Shown piece by piece: positions 25,501 through 36,464 of a DNA stretch of 64,000 nucleotides. Source of the stretch: Hyphomicrobiales bacterium (lineage in GTDB: Bacteria > Pseudomonadota > Alphaproteobacteria > Rhizobiales > Methylopilaceae); the NCBI GenBank assembly GCA_022842205.1, contig JALHQA010000005.1, positions 81,616 to 145,615 of the forward strand, given 5' to 3'. How positions within the stretch are numbered: the stretch's first letter is position 1; each line of letters begins with the position of its first letter. Both the position numbers and the translations under genes were made by a program. The notes beneath the pieces were generated by a model. That model searched no databases, had not been told where the DNA came from, and saw only the letters and a list, made by a program, of their open reading frames with translations.

Positions 25501-26052
25501 CCGGGTTCCGCCGAATCGTCCGCCATCGCGGCGAAGGACCGCGGCACGCTGCTGCACAGACTGCTGGAGGAACTGCCGCGGCTCGATGCGGCGGCGCGCC
25601 GGGACGCCGCGCAGCTTTATCTCGCCCGGGTTGCCGCCGATGCGCCGGAGGCGGCGCGCATGGCACTGATCGACGAAGCGCTGTGGCTGCTCGAAGATCC
25701 GCTGCTCGTGCCATATCTGGCCGCCGGCCGCGCCGAGGTGCCGGTCGCCGGCGTCGTGTCCTTGCCGGGCCGCGCGCCGCGCTTCGTCTCCGGCCAGATC
25801 GACCGGCTGGTCGTCGAGGACGACCGGGTGCTGATCCTCGACTTCAAGAGTGACCGGCCTGTGCCGGGTGACGTGCCGGACAGCTATGCGGCGCAGCTTG
25901 CGCTCTATCGCGTGCTGCTTTCACGCGTCTATCCGGGCCGCCGCGTGGACTGCGCGCTGCTGTGGACCGCTGCCGGAAGGCTCGACGGCATAGCGGAAGA
26001 CCGCCTTGACGCGGCTCTGGACCGCGCGCTGCGCATGCCCTCGCTTCCTTGA
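22582..26052 (+). CDS. addA: double-strand break repair helicase-nuclease AddA
   Basis: UvrD-like helicase motifs are present ('ANAGSGKTHVL', 'ILVDEAQDTSP', 'VGDEKQSIFGFQGA', 'MTAHGAKGLE'). A C-terminal nuclease motif 'ILDFKSD' is also present. Confidence 0.9.
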   Translation: MARELSPSELTRERQRRAADPAASAWVSANAGSGKTHVLANRVMRLLLSGVEPSKILCLTFTRAAAAHMSNTVFRRLGAWATMPEADLARALHDIGENADRLTLARARKLFARALDTPGGLKVLTIHAFCEKLLHQFPFEARVAAAFTVLDDRQRAELITEARNDVLTLAVEEQHGLLGSALSMLVAEASDGVMLRALNDVLWRGEQLNALMRPDGADASARVRNRIEQAVGVGQGETQAAVEAEILGDGIPQARWSELIGWLRSGTPSDHKLAACLEDATKESNPQKRGELYLDLCLTKDRKGRSDKAFVTKKLQNQRRDLYELLLSERKRLVPLIERRRAAAAAERSFALLVVADAIWQRYRAEKARRGVLDFADLIAAAKRLLKDEGAAWVHYKLDEGIDHILVDEAQDTSPDQWEIVERLTSEFMAGAGARDVARTVFAVGDEKQSIFGFQGAAPDMFASVRGYYRTGHEAAGLTFNEEPLNQSFRTAADVLTVVDRVFKFEAAHRGLTSEGGGTLHDTARRGAPGEVQVWPLLVPDEKEDDDKPWFMPLDAQQEKSPLVRNAVRIAHAVKGWTEGRDALGPCAPVPEGQILILVRNRGPLFEAILRELKARNVRVAGADRLDVGKHIAALDLLALADCLLLPDDDLALAGVLKSPLFGFDDDDLLRLAPERKGSLRRALREAADEKYRGAYDRLASLARDARRLRPFDFYAGLIGAGGARKAYRARLGGEVDDVLDEFLRLAMTHGESETATLAGFAAWMRAAPAEIKRDLETAGNDVRVMTAHGAKGLEARLVVLADFGAERAPTLAPCIYEPAEDGRREGEAELLLWSRRKKDDPATLLAARDEEKRLDEAEHRRLLYVALTRAEDRLIIAGHKTERIKSEGAWYTLVADALTAAGDDDRPFAESREVETLGGTVLVYGASGSSGVEARETRPTPALPGWLTKKIDAEAPPPEPLSPSRALEHVFTPGSAESSAIAAKDRGTLLHRLLEELPRLDAAARRDAAQLYLARVAADAPEAARMALIDEALWLLEDPLLVPYLAAGRAEVPVAGVVSLPGRAPRFVSGQIDRLVVEDDRVLILDFKSDRPVPGDVPDSYAAQLALYRVLLSRVYPGRRVDCALLWTAAGRLDGIAEDRLDAALDRALRMPSLP

Positions 26053-26131
26053 CCCGAAGGGGGACGGTTCCTACCTTCCGGGCACGTCGCGGAAGGTCGC
26101 GATTCCCTGAAACCGGAACCCGAGGCAACAT

Positions 26132-26458
26132 ATGGCCGGCACCGTCAAAGTCACCGATTCCAGCTTCGAGGCCGATGTCCTCAAGTCGGACATCCCCGTC
26201 GTCGTCGATTTCTGGGCGGAATGGTGCGGCCCCTGCCGCATGATCGGCCCGGCGCTGGAAGAGATCGCCGGCCAGCTCGAGGGCAAGGTCAAGATCGCCA
26301 AGCTCAATGTCGACGAGAACCAGCAGATCGCCTCGAAGTTCGGCATCATGTCGATCCCGGCGCTCTTGATCTTCAAGAACGGCGAAAAGGTCGACGGCCG
26401 CGTCGGCGCCGCCGGCAAGGAGCAGCTGGCGCAGTGGATCTCCACCGCCGCCGCCTGA
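26132..26458 (+). CDS. trxA: thioredoxin
   Basis: 108 aa with the 'WAEWCGPCR' active site. Confidence 0.95.
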   Translation: MAGTVKVTDSSFEADVLKSDIPVVVDFWAEWCGPCRMIGPALEEIAGQLEGKVKIAKLNVDENQQIASKFGIMSIPALLIFKNGEKVDGRVGAAGKEQLAQWISTAAA

Positions 26459-26471
26459 CGGCAGGCTTGTA

Positions 26472-26503
26472 ACACTTCAATATTTCAATGAATATTGAAG
26501 TGT
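26472..26503. promoter_or_regulatory. perfect 13-bp inverted repeat; probable ArsR-family operator overlapping the start codon
   Basis: 'acacttcaatatt' (26472-26484) - 6 nt - 'aatattgaagtgt' (26491-26503). It is AT-rich in a GC-rich genome, and the GTG start of the ArsR gene at 26502 lies inside the right arm. Confidence 0.55.
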
Positions 26504-26819
26504 GGATACGGCGCGAATCACAGCCGCGTTTTCCGCGCTTGCGCAGGAAACGCGGCTTTTGCTTTTGCGGGAGCTGGCGACGGCCGGTTCCGGCGGGCTG
26601 GCGGCCGGCGCCGCGGCGGAGCGGCTCGGCGTTTCGGCCTCGAACCTGTCCTTTCATCTCAAGGAACTGGAGCGCGCCGGGCTGATCACGGCGCGGCGGC
26701 AGGGGCGGGCGATCTTCTACGCCGCCGACGAGGCCGCGCTCGGTGAACTCGTGAAATTCATGTTCGAGAATCTGCAGGCAGCGCGGCCACGGGTTCGCGT
26801 TGTCGCCGAGCGGCGCTGA
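26502..26819 (+). CDS. ArsR/SmtB-family transcriptional regulator
   Basis: 'FSALAQETRLLLLRELA...LAAGAAAERLGVSASNLSFHLKELERAGLITARRQGRAIFY' is a winged HTH of the ArsR family. Confidence 0.8.
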   Translation: MDTARITAAFSALAQETRLLLLRELATAGSGGLAAGAAAERLGVSASNLSFHLKELERAGLITARRQGRAIFYAADEAALGELVKFMFENLQAARPRVRVVAERR

Positions 26820-26879
26820 ATGCGGGATTCCCGGATCAACCCAATTGACGATAGTACGGGAATTACGTAGTTTCCGGAC

Positions 26880-27230
26880 ATGGCGCCAAGGACCTTCGAA
26901 TGGGACGATGCCAAAGCCGCGAAAAACGTCGCGAAGCATGGAGTCCGTTTCGAGGTTGCGATCCTGGTATTCAAGGACCCGGATCGGGTCGACATCGTCG
27001 ACCGCCGTAAGGACTATGGCGAAGTCCGCCATATCGTTCTGGCCAAGGTTCAGGGCGTCGTCCTTTTCGTGGCCTACACCATGCGCGGCAGTGTTGGTCG
27101 TATTATTTCAGCCCGCGTAGCCGACCCTGAGGAGGGTGATGCTTACCATGGCAAGTTTCACGCCCGGCAAAGACAACGCGCCCGCTTTCAGCGCAGCGGA
27201 GCTAAAGGCGCTAAAGGCGCTGAGCCCTGA
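26880..27230 (+). CDS. brnT: BrnT-family (DUF497) type II toxin
   Basis: 'FEWDDAKAAKNVAKHGVRFEVAILVFKDP...RIISAR' is the BrnT signature. A C-terminal extension of about 25 aa overlaps the antitoxin gene. Confidence 0.8.
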   Translation: MAPRTFEWDDAKAAKNVAKHGVRFEVAILVFKDPDRVDIVDRRKDYGEVRHIVLAKVQGVVLFVAYTMRGSVGRIISARVADPEEGDAYHGKFHARQRQRARFQRSGAKGAKGAEP

Positions 27231-27513
27231 AGCACGGCGAAAGGCAGCCGAGACCGATCCTGATGCTCTGCCGCTGACCGCCGAAATGCTGGAACACATC
27301 TCTGTCGGCCAGTCTCTCAAGCTTCTCCGCAAGAAGTTGGACATGACTCAGGCCGATTTTGCAAAGACCTATCGGTTTACGCTCGCCAGACTTCGCGATC
27401 TGGAGCAAGGCCGCCAGAAAACGGCGGACAGCGCGATCGAGGCGTATGTGCGCCTGATCGCAATGGACCCGAAAGGCGTTGCCAGGAAACTCAAGCTTGC
27501 CAAGGCGGGCTGA
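27139..27513 (+). CDS. brnA: BrnA-like antitoxin with C-terminal XRE-type HTH
   Basis: Contains 'LRKKLDMTQADFAKTYRFTLARLRDLEQGRQKTADSAIEAYVRLI'. The start is ambiguous (GTG 27136, ATG 27139 or ATG 27148), after 'gaggagg'. Confidence 0.7.
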   Translation: MLTMASFTPGKDNAPAFSAAELKALKALSPEARRKAAETDPDALPLTAEMLEHISVGQSLKLLRKKLDMTQADFAKTYRFTLARLRDLEQGRQKTADSAIEAYVRLIAMDPKGVARKLKLAKAG

Positions 27514-27528
27514 CGGAGATCACCCCCT

Positions 27529-28833
27529 TCAGACGACGACCTTGCGTTCGGTGAAGCCTTCCGCGCCGAAGACGCGGAGATAGCGCGCGATCTCTTCGGG
27601 CGTGCCGGTCGCTTTGGCCGGATTGTCGGAGAGCTTCACCGCCGGCCGGCCATCGACCTCGGTGACCTTGCAGACCAGCGAGATGGCGTCGAGCCCGCTG
27701 CGCCCGTCGACGAGACCATGAAAATCATTTGTGAGATTGGTGCCCCAGCCAAAACTGAGGCGCGCGCGGCCATGGAAGGCGCGGTAGGCGGCCTCGATCT
27801 CGGCGACGTCCATACCGTCGGAGAAAATGAGCAGCTTGTTTCTCGCGTCGCGGCCGCGCTCCTTCCACCAGGCAAGGATCTGTTCGCCGCCTTTGACCGG
27901 CGGCAGGCTGTCGGGACGAAAGCCGGTCCAGTCCGCGATCCAGTCCGGCGCGTCGCGCAGGAAGGCCGCGGTGCCGAACGTGTCGGGCAGGACGATCAGA
28001 AGATTGCCGTGGTAGTAGCGCCGCCAGTTTTCGAGCACGCGGTAGGGCGTCTGGCGCAGCTCGGCATCGTCTCCGGCGAGCGCGGCATAGACCATCGGCA
28101 GTTCGTGGGCGTTGGTGCCGATGGCTTCGAGATCGTTGTCCATCGCGAGGAGGACGTTGGATGTTCCGATGAAGGCTTCGCCAAGCCCTTCCTTCAGCGC
28201 CTCGACGCACCAGCGCTGCCAGAGAAACCCGTGGCGGCGGCGCGTGCCGAAATCCGACAGTTTGAGACCCGGGAGCTTTTTCAGCCGTTCGACCTTCTCC
28301 CATGTCCGGGCCTTGGCGCGTGCGTACAGGACGTCGAGGGCGAAACGGCCGAGGCCGCGCATGGCGTTGCGGGCGCGCAGCTCGTTGACGATGGCGAGCG
28401 CGGGCACTTCCCACATCGTGGTGTGGGTCCAGGGGCCGTGGAAACTCAGCTCATACTGGCCGTCGGCGCGCTTCAGCTCGTAGTCCGGCAGCGCGAAATC
28501 CTCCAGCCAGGCGAGGAAGTCCGGCCGGAAGATCTGCTTTGTGCCGTAGAAGCTGTTGCCGGCGAGCCAGATCATCTCGCGCTTCGAGAAACGGATTGTG
28601 CGGGCGAAGTCGAGCTGGGCGCGCAGTTCCGCCTCGTCGATCTCGTCGGCGATGCGAACGGATGTCGTGCGGTTGATGAGCGAGAACGTGACCGGAAGAT
28701 CGCGGTGCAGATCCCAGATCATCTGCAGCATCAGGAATTTGTAGAAATCCGTGTCGAGCAGGCTGCGGACGATCGGATCAAGCTTGAAGGTGTGGTTCCA
28801 GACGCGGGTCGGGATGTCGGGAATCGTGGCCAT
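27529..28833 (-). CDS. pncB: nicotinate phosphoribosyltransferase
   Basis: Contains '[22 protein letters not shown]' and 'DFGTRRR'. The start was set at the internal ATG 28833, which has 'aagga' upstream. Confidence 0.9.
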   Translation of the reverse strand: MATIPDIPTRVWNHTFKLDPIVRSLLDTDFYKFLMLQMIWDLHRDLPVTFSLINRTTSVRIADEIDEAELRAQLDFARTIRFSKREMIWLAGNSFYGTKQIFRPDFLAWLEDFALPDYELKRADGQYELSFHGPWTHTTMWEVPALAIVNELRARNAMRGLGRFALDVLYARAKARTWEKVERLKKLPGLKLSDFGTRRRHGFLWQRWCVEALKEGLGEAFIGTSNVLLAMDNDLEAIGTNAHELPMVYAALAGDDAELRQTPYRVLENWRRYYHGNLLIVLPDTFGTAAFLRDAPDWIADWTGFRPDSLPPVKGGEQILAWWKERGRDARNKLLIFSDGMDVAEIEAAYRAFHGRARLSFGWGTNLTNDFHGLVDGRSGLDAISLVCKVTEVDGRPAVKLSDNPAKATGTPEEIARYLRVFGAEGFTERKVVV

Positions 28834-28852
28834 CAAGCGTCCTTGGTATTTA

Positions 28853-30163
28853 TCAGCCCGGCGGGGTGCCGTTCTTTTCCAGCACTTCGCCCGCAAGATA
28901 CAGCGATCCGCAGATCAGAACGCGCGGAGCAAGTTCGTCATGTTCGACGCCGATCGAGCGCAGGGCCCCTTCGAGCGAGGTGTGCGGCCGCGCCGGAAGC
29001 CCGGCAAGTTCGGCGGATGTCGCGACCTCGAGCGGCGACAACGCCGCATTGCTCGAGGTGACCGGCACCGTATGGACGATGGCGGCAAGGTCGGCAAAGG
29101 GCGCGAAGAAACCCTCCGAATCCTTGGTGTTGAGAATGCCGGATACGAGAATGAGCGGCCGCGCGACGCGGTCTTCGAGGGCCGCCATCTCCTGCGCGAC
29201 AACGCGCGCGCCGTCCGGATTGTGCCCGCCGTCGAGCCAGAGTTCGGACTCGGGCGGGAGAAGATCGATCAGGCGGCCCTTCGTGATGCGCTGCAGGCGC
29301 GCCGGCCAATCGACGGACTGGACGCCGGTCTCGATATGCTTCGCGGTGACGCCGAGCTGCGGCAGCGCGCGCAGCGTCGCGATGGCGGTCCCGGCGTTCT
29401 CGAACTGATGACGGCCCGGCAGGCGCGGCGGCGGCAGATCGAGCAGGCCGTCGCCGTCCTCGAACACAAGGCGGCCGCGCTCCTCGCGCGCCTGCCAGTC
29501 CTGCATGGAAATGAACAGCGGCCCGGCGCCGACGCGCGCGGCGCAGGCCTCGATGACATCGCGCACCGAATCCTGCTGGTGGGAGAGGATGGCGGGCACG
29601 TCCTTCTTGAGAATGCCGGCTTTTTCGATGGCAATCTCTTCCACGGTGTCGCCGAGGAACTTGGTGTGATCGACGGAGACGGGCGTAATGACGGTTGCGA
29701 GCGGCCGCGCAACGACATTGGTGGCGTCGAGCCGGCCGCCAAGGCCGACTTCGAGAATGAGGACATCGGCCGGCGTGCGGGTGAACAGCAGAAGCGCGGC
29801 CGCGGTCGTGATCTCGAACTGGGTGATGGGCGCGCCGTCATTGACGCGCTCGGCCTCCTGCAGCGCCGCGACCAGGGTGGCTTCGTCAACGAGCGTGCCG
29901 GCAAGGCGAATGCGCTCGTGAAAGCGCACGAGATGCGGCGATGTATAGACATGGACGCGTCTGCCGGCCGCTTCCAGCATCGCGCGCAGGAAGGCGACGG
30001 TCGAACCCTTGCCGTTGGTGCCCGCGACATGAATGACGGGCGGCAGGCTCTTTTCCGGATTTCCGAGAGAATAGAGCAGCCGTTCGATGCGGCCGAGCGA
30101 CAGGTCGATCTCGCGCGGATGCAGCGTGAGCAGGCGTTCGAGAATGGAGGAGGAGTCCGTCAT
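28853..30163 (-). CDS. folC: bifunctional folylpolyglutamate synthase / dihydrofolate synthase
   Basis: Has the '[11 protein letters not shown]' P-loop and Mur-ligase architecture. Confidence 0.9.
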   Translation of the reverse strand: MTDSSSILERLLTLHPREIDLSLGRIERLLYSLGNPEKSLPPVIHVAGTNGKGSTVAFLRAMLEAAGRRVHVYTSPHLVRFHERIRLAGTLVDEATLVAALQEAERVNDGAPITQFEITTAAALLLFTRTPADVLILEVGLGGRLDATNVVARPLATVITPVSVDHTKFLGDTVEEIAIEKAGILKKDVPAILSHQQDSVRDVIEACAARVGAGPLFISMQDWQAREERGRLVFEDGDGLLDLPPPRLPGRHQFENAGTAIATLRALPQLGVTAKHIETGVQSVDWPARLQRITKGRLIDLLPPESELWLDGGHNPDGARVVAQEMAALEDRVARPLILVSGILNTKDSEGFFAPFADLAAIVHTVPVTSSNAALSPLEVATSAELAGLPARPHTSLEGALRSIGVEHDELAPRVLICGSLYLAGEVLEKNGTPPG

Positions 30164-30206
30164 GTGTGGCAACCACACATGAGCTCTGAATGTGCCGTAA
30201 CTGCGC

Positions 30207-31127
30207 TCACTCCGCGGCGGCGGCTTCGGCCAGGTCGGGTTCGGCCGGCGGCTGGGCGAGCGGAACGGTCGCGGCGGCCGGAGACCGCGTCAGCAGGCGG
30301 CAGAGACGCGACAGCGTCGGGCGCAGTTCATGGCGGTGGACGACCATGTCGACCATGCCGTGCGCTTGCAGATATTCGGAGCGCTGGAAGCCTTCCGGCA
30401 GCTTCTCGCGGATCGTCTGCTCGATGACGCGCGGGCCGGCAAAGCCGATCAGCGCGCCGGGCTCGGCGATATGGACGTCGCCCAGCATGGCGTAGGAGGC
30501 GGTAACGCCGCCGGTGACCGGGTTCGTCAGTACAACGATATAGGGCTTCTTCTGTTCGCGCAGTTCCTGCACCGCGACGGTGACGCGCGGCATCTGCATC
30601 AGCGACAGGATGCCTTCCTGCATGCGCGCGCCGCCCGAGGCCGCGAACAGGATGAAGGGAGACTTGCGGCGCGCGGCCTCTTCGAGACCGGCGATCAGGG
30701 CCTCGCCGGCGGCCATGCCGAGCGAGCCGCCCATGAATTCGAAATCCTGGACGCCGATGACGACTTCAAGCCCGTCGAGATCGCCGGCGGCAACGCGCAC
30801 GGCATCCTTCATCGAGGTCTTGTTGCGGGCATCGCGCAGACGATCGACGTATTTCTTTTCGTCGCGGAATTTCAGCGGATCGGCGGTGACGTCGCGGAAC
30901 GCGATCTCGTCGAACTCGCCATTGTCGAACATGTGCTTCAGGCGCGCGTCCGAGCCCATGCGCATGTGATAGCCGGAGCCCGGGATCACCCAGAGATTGG
31001 ACTCGACGTCCTTATGGAAAACGAGCTGTCCCGACTCCGGACATTTGATCCAGAGATTTTCCGGCACTTCCTTGCGCGACAGAAGCGCCTTGATGCCCGG
31101 ACGGACGACGTTTGTGATCCAGTTCAT
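30207..31127 (-). CDS. accD: acetyl-CoA carboxylase carboxyltransferase subunit beta
   Basis: Contains '[13 protein letters not shown]...[16 protein letters not shown]' and '[11 protein letters not shown]...GGARMQEG'. Confidence 0.9.
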   Translation of the reverse strand: MNWITNVVRPGIKALLSRKEVPENLWIKCPESGQLVFHKDVESNLWVIPGSGYHMRMGSDARLKHMFDNGEFDEIAFRDVTADPLKFRDEKKYVDRLRDARNKTSMKDAVRVAAGDLDGLEVVIGVQDFEFMGGSLGMAAGEALIAGLEEAARRKSPFILFAASGGARMQEGILSLMQMPRVTVAVQELREQKKPYIVVLTNPVTGGVTASYAMLGDVHIAEPGALIGFAGPRVIEQTIREKLPEGFQRSEYLQAHGMVDMVVHRHELRPTLSRLCRLLTRSPAAATVPLAQPPAEPDLAEAAAAE

Positions 31128-31160
31128 TGCAGTTCGGCGCCTCCCGGGCGCATCCATTCT

Positions 31161-31996
31161 TTATTCGGCGGCGACCGGCCGGGCCGAACGCACGCCTTCC
31201 GCCAGTTCGCGGACCAGCTCCGTGACAGCGGGAACGGTCTTTTCCGTGGCGGCGCCGTCCTTATCGAGGCTTTTTCTTACCGCTTCGACAAGGGCCGAGC
31301 CGACCACAACCGCATCCGCGCCGCGGGCCACGGCCCGGGCATGATCCCGGGTCTTGACCCCGAAACCAACCGCGACCGGCAGATCGGTGTGGCGCTTGAT
31401 CCGGGCGACGGCGGCGGAAACCGCGTCGAAATCCGGGGTGGCGGCGCCGGTGATGCCGGTCACCGATACATAATAGACAAAACCGGAAGTGTTAGCGAGG
31501 ACCGCGGGAAGGCGGGCGTCGTCGGTTGTGGGTGTCGCGAGGCGGATGAAATTCAGCCCGGCTTTCAGCGCCGGAACGCATAGTTCGGCGTCCTCTTCGG
31601 GCGGCAGGTCGACGACGATCAAGCCGTCGACACCGGCGGCAAGGGCGTCGTTCAGGAACGCATCCACCCCGTAAACGTAGATCGGGTTGTAATAGCCCAT
31701 CAAAATCAAGGGTGTATCGGAATCGGTCGCGCGGAACGCGTGGACGAGATCGAGTGTCCTGCGCAGCGTCTCGCCGCCCTTCAGCGCGCGCAGGCCCGAG
31801 GCCTGGATCGGCGGACCGTCGGCCATCGGATCGGTGAAGGGCATGCCGAGTTCGAGCACATCGGCACCGGCTTTGGGCAGTGCCTTCAAAATCTCGAGCG
31901 AGGCGTCATGGCCGGGATCTCCCGCCATCGTGAAGGTGACGAGGCCGGCGCGGCCTTCGGCTTTCAGCGCGGCGAAACGTTTGTCGAGGCGGGTGG

Positions 31997-32000
<4 letters not shown>
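31161..32000 (-). CDS. trpA: tryptophan synthase alpha chain
   Basis: GTG start at 32000 forms a GTGA overlap with the trpB stop. Contains '[10 protein letters not shown]', '[18 protein letters not shown]' and '[10 protein letters not shown]'. Confidence 0.9.
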
Positions 32001-33234
<1,234 letters not shown>

Positions 33235-33238
<4 letters not shown>

Positions 33239-33897
33239 TGGACTGTCTCCCGCCGCGCGGCACGCGCGGCCTGAATGAAGGCGCGAATCTTCCCGATGTC
33301 TTTTTCGCCGGGCGCGCTTTCCACCCCCGATGATACGTCCACGGCGCGCGTTTGGGTCACACGGATCGCATCGCCGACATTCTCCGGAGTGAGGCCGCCG
33401 GAAAGCATGAAGCCGAGATCAGGGTCAAGATTTTTCAGCAGGCTCCAGTCGAAGGTTTTGCCGTGGCCGCCCGGACGGTCGGCGTCCTTCGGCGGTTTGG
33501 CGTCGAGCAGGATGCGGGTCGTCTCCGAAAGATAATGCGCGAGCGCACCGAGATCGTCCGCGGTCGAGATCGGGATGGCCTTCCAGACCTCCGTGTCCCA
33601 ATACCGCGAATGGAAGCCGCGCAGGAATTCGCGGCCCTCGGAACCATGGAACTGGATGGCGTCCGGCTTCACCACGGCCATGATCTCGTCGAGCTCGGCG
33701 GACGACGGATCGACGACGAGCGCCACCCGTTTGGCGCTGCCTTCCGCATGGCGGGCGAGGCGGGCGCCTTCCTCGAGGCTGAGATTGCGCGGGCTGTTCC
33801 TGAAAAAGACGAAGCCGACATGGTCGGCGCCGGCATCGAGCGCGGCGTCGAGGGTTTCGAGCGTTTTCAGACCGCAGATTTTGACTTCGACGGACAT
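33235..33897 (-). CDS. trpF: phosphoribosylanthranilate isomerase
   Basis: Contains 'VKICGLKT...[13 protein letters not shown]'. It overlaps the trpB start by 4 nt. Confidence 0.9.
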
Positions 33898-33997
33898 GGA
33901 GAGGGCTTAACGGGAGAGGGGCGGAACGTCGAGTCGGATGCGGCATACCGGACCCGCATGGCGCGATCCGGAATCCGCAGGGTCCCCGGATGGACGC

Positions 33998-34345
33998 TTA
34001 CTCCGCCCGATAGGGCGCCGGGAGATTGGCGCCCGTTGCGGGCGGCACCTGCGAGCGGCGCAGGGCCGCGGCCTCCTGCTCCAGCCGGCGGACCTCGGAA
34101 CGGCCGAGCCGTGCCTCGCGGCGATAGCGCGCCTGTCCGATCCAGTCGGTAACGCCGCCGATGACGACGCCGACGGCGATGGCCAGCAGGATGACGATGT
34201 AGAGCGGAAGCTGGATCGACCAGGCCGGAGCGCCCGGCGAGAAGGGATCAAGCGACAGGATCACCGGCTCGCGATTGGCGACCGCGAAAACCACAAGAAG
34301 CACAGCCACCGGCAGCACGACGATGGCCGTCAAAATCTTTCGCAC
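33998..34345 (-). CDS. LapA-family (DUF1049) small inner-membrane protein
   Basis: GTG start at 34345. It has two TM segments ('ILTAIVVLPVAVLLVVFAVAN', 'LPLYIVILLAIAVGVVIGGV') and a charged tail. The position downstream of ihfB is as in other alphaproteobacteria. Confidence 0.6.
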   Translation of the reverse strand: MRKILTAIVVLPVAVLLVVFAVANREPVILSLDPFSPGAPAWSIQLPLYIVILLAIAVGVVIGGVTDWIGQARYRREARLGRSEVRRLEQEAAALRRSQVPPATGANLPAPYRAE

Positions 34346-34361
34346 GCGCCGCCCTTTCAGG

Positions 34362-34652
34362 TCAGGCCACGGTCTCGCGATTGAGCCGGGCCCGCATTTC
34401 CTTGCCGCTCTTGAAGAACGGCACCGATTTCTCGGATACCGAAACCTTCTCGCCGGTGCGGGGGTTGCGACCCTCGCGCGCCGGGCGGCTCTTAACCGAA
34501 AAAGCCCCGAAACCACGAAGCTCGACTCGGTCGCCGCGCGACAGGGCCTCGGAAATAGCGTCGAGAATGGCGTTCACAACATTCTCGACATCGCGTTGAT
34601 AGAGATGCGGATTAGCGGCAGCTACCCGTCCCACGAGTTCGGATTTGATCAC
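34362..34652 (-). CDS. ihfB: integration host factor subunit beta
   Basis: Contains 'MIKSELV...[29 protein letters not shown]'. Confidence 0.9.
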   Translation of the reverse strand: MIKSELVGRVAAANPHLYQRDVENVVNAILDAISEALSRGDRVELRGFGAFSVKSRPAREGRNPRTGEKVSVSEKSVPFFKSGKEMRARLNRETVA

Positions 34653-34688
34653 GTTGCCCTACCCTAAGTGTAAGTGTCTTATGCACTT

Positions 34689-35666
34689 TTACTGTTGCAG
34701 GGAAGGGTGCCAGATAGCAAGAATTCCGTCAAGCGCTTGTAATTCAAGGCTTGACGCGCTTTGGGCGCGAATCCGGGCCGCCAGCACGCGAAAGCCGGCC
34801 GCGTCGGCAAGGCCCGCCATGGCTTCCTCGGCAAAGCCAAGGCCGGCAAGAGAGCCGTCCGCCGGCTTCCATTCGCGAACCGTCAGGTCCTTGGGAATGC
34901 CCTTGCTGTCGGCCAGCCAGGCGCGGGCCTCCTCCTCGCCGCCGAGCTGGTCGATCAGGCCGAGCCCGATGGCCTGCCGGCCGGTGAAGGCGCGGCCGTC
35001 GGATACGGCATCCAGCTTTCCGCCGGACAGACCGCGCCGTTCCGAAACGAGATTCTTGAACCAGGCGAAGCTGTCCATGATGAGGGATTCGAGCGCCGCG
35101 CGTTCCTGCGGGGTGGTCGGCTTGAACATGTCGGGCGCGGCCTTCAGCGGAGCCGATTTCACCGCCTCCATTTTCACCCCAAGATTGGTGAGCAGGCCCG
35201 ACAGATCGGGGTATTGTGCGAGCACACCGATCGAGCCGGTGATCGAGGTCTCGCCCGAAAAGATGCGATCGGTCGCGATCGCCGCGATGTAGCCGCCGGA
35301 CGCCGCCACCGAACCGATAAGGGCGACGACGGGCTTCTTTTCCGCGAGCTTGCGGATGTCCTTGTAGAGTTCCTCGGACGCCGCAACGCCGCCTCCGGGG
35401 CTGTCGATCTCGAGCAGCACGGCGCGGGCGCCGGTGCTCTTCGTCAGTTCCTCGAACATTTTCTGGCGGCGGTCGGAGCCGAGGATCACGCCGTTCAGGT
35501 TGACGCGGGCGACATGCGGCGAATGCTTGCCCGGCACGAGACCGGAAAAGCGCCAGCCGAGCGCGACGATGGCGAGGGCGGCGAGGACGAGGGCGGAGAT
35601 GCGCCAGAAGCTGACACGGCGGCGCAGGCGGCGGCGTTCGAGAAGGGCGGTGGCGTCGAGCGGCAT
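34689..35666 (-). CDS. sppA: signal peptide peptidase SppA (36K type)
   Basis: An N-terminal TM segment is followed by 'AVLLEIDSPGGGVAASE' and 'AASGGYIAA' (catalytic Ser region). Confidence 0.85.
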   Translation of the reverse strand: MPLDATALLERRRLRRRVSFWRISALVLAALAIVALGWRFSGLVPGKHSPHVARVNLNGVILGSDRRQKMFEELTKSTGARAVLLEIDSPGGGVAASEELYKDIRKLAEKKPVVALIGSVAASGGYIAAIATDRIFSGETSITGSIGVLAQYPDLSGLLTNLGVKMEAVKSAPLKAAPDMFKPTTPQERAALESLIMDSFAWFKNLVSERRGLSGGKLDAVSDGRAFTGRQAIGLGLIDQLGGEEEARAWLADSKGIPKDLTVREWKPADGSLAGLGFAEEAMAGLADAAGFRVLAARIRAQSASSLELQALDGILAIWHPSLQQ

Positions 35667-35795
35667 GAGCGTCTTCCAGAGTTTCGCAGGAGCTTAGTTA
35701 CAAACCTTGCCGCATGGGAACAAGGTTCTCCACGGTCTACTGGCGGTGGCCGCGTGCTTCAGATTGAACGCTGGCGACCACAGCCCTAGCATCCG

Positions 35796-36377
35796 ATGAT
35801 CATGAATGTGTTCGTTCTCTGTACGGGACGCTGCGGTTCACAAACCTTTGCAGCAGCATGCCGGCATATCACCAACTTCACATCGGGGCATGAAACGCGC
35901 GCCAGCATTTGCGGCCCAGCGCGTCTCGACTATCCGCAAAATCATATCGAGGCCGACAACCGCCTTTCATGGTTCCTCGGCGACCTCGACAACAGATTTG
36001 GCACGGACGCATTTTATGTTCATCTCACGCGCGATCCGGCCAAGGTCGCCGCGAGTTACGCGCAGCGCATGGGCCAGGGGATAGCCAGAGCCTACCGCGA
36101 GGGCATTCTGATGGGTGCGCCCGAAGCGGGGCCGCTCTCCGTTACCGCCGACCTTGTGCATACAGTAACGGCGAACATCCAGTTTTTCCTTAAGGATAAA
36201 CCGCGCAAAGCCTCCGTACGGCTGGAAACCGCGAAGGAAGATTTCGAGGCGGTCTGGCGGGCGATCGCCGCCGAGGGCGACCTCGCCGCCGCTCTCGCAG
36301 AATTCGACGTCGTTCACGATGTAAAAAAGCCCCCATCGCCAAGGGCAGGCGGCACGCCAAACCGCCTTTACAGGTAA
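35796..36377 (+). CDS. hypothetical protein with an N-terminal P-loop-like motif
   Basis: 193 aa. The motif 'VLCTGRCGSQTF' is sulfotransferase-like. No confident family assignment. Confidence 0.45.
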   Translation: MIMNVFVLCTGRCGSQTFAAACRHITNFTSGHETRASICGPARLDYPQNHIEADNRLSWFLGDLDNRFGTDAFYVHLTRDPAKVAASYAQRMGQGIARAYREGILMGAPEAGPLSVTADLVHTVTANIQFFLKDKPRKASVRLETAKEDFEAVWRAIAAEGDLAAALAEFDVVHDVKKPPSPRAGGTPNRLYR

Positions 36378-36411
36378 ACGCGGAAAACGCGTTTCCTGTC
36401 GACATCGAAAC

Positions 36412-36441
36412 AAAAAACCCGGGCTCGCGCCCGGGTTTTTC
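36412..36441. terminator. bidirectional rho-independent terminator
   Basis: 'aaaaaacccgggc tcgc gcccgggttttt' has an 8-bp GC stem flanked by an A-tract and a T-tract. It lies between the convergent 35796 gene and rpsA. Confidence 0.75.
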
Positions 36442-36464
36442 AATCGTAATTACATAAAAGACGA

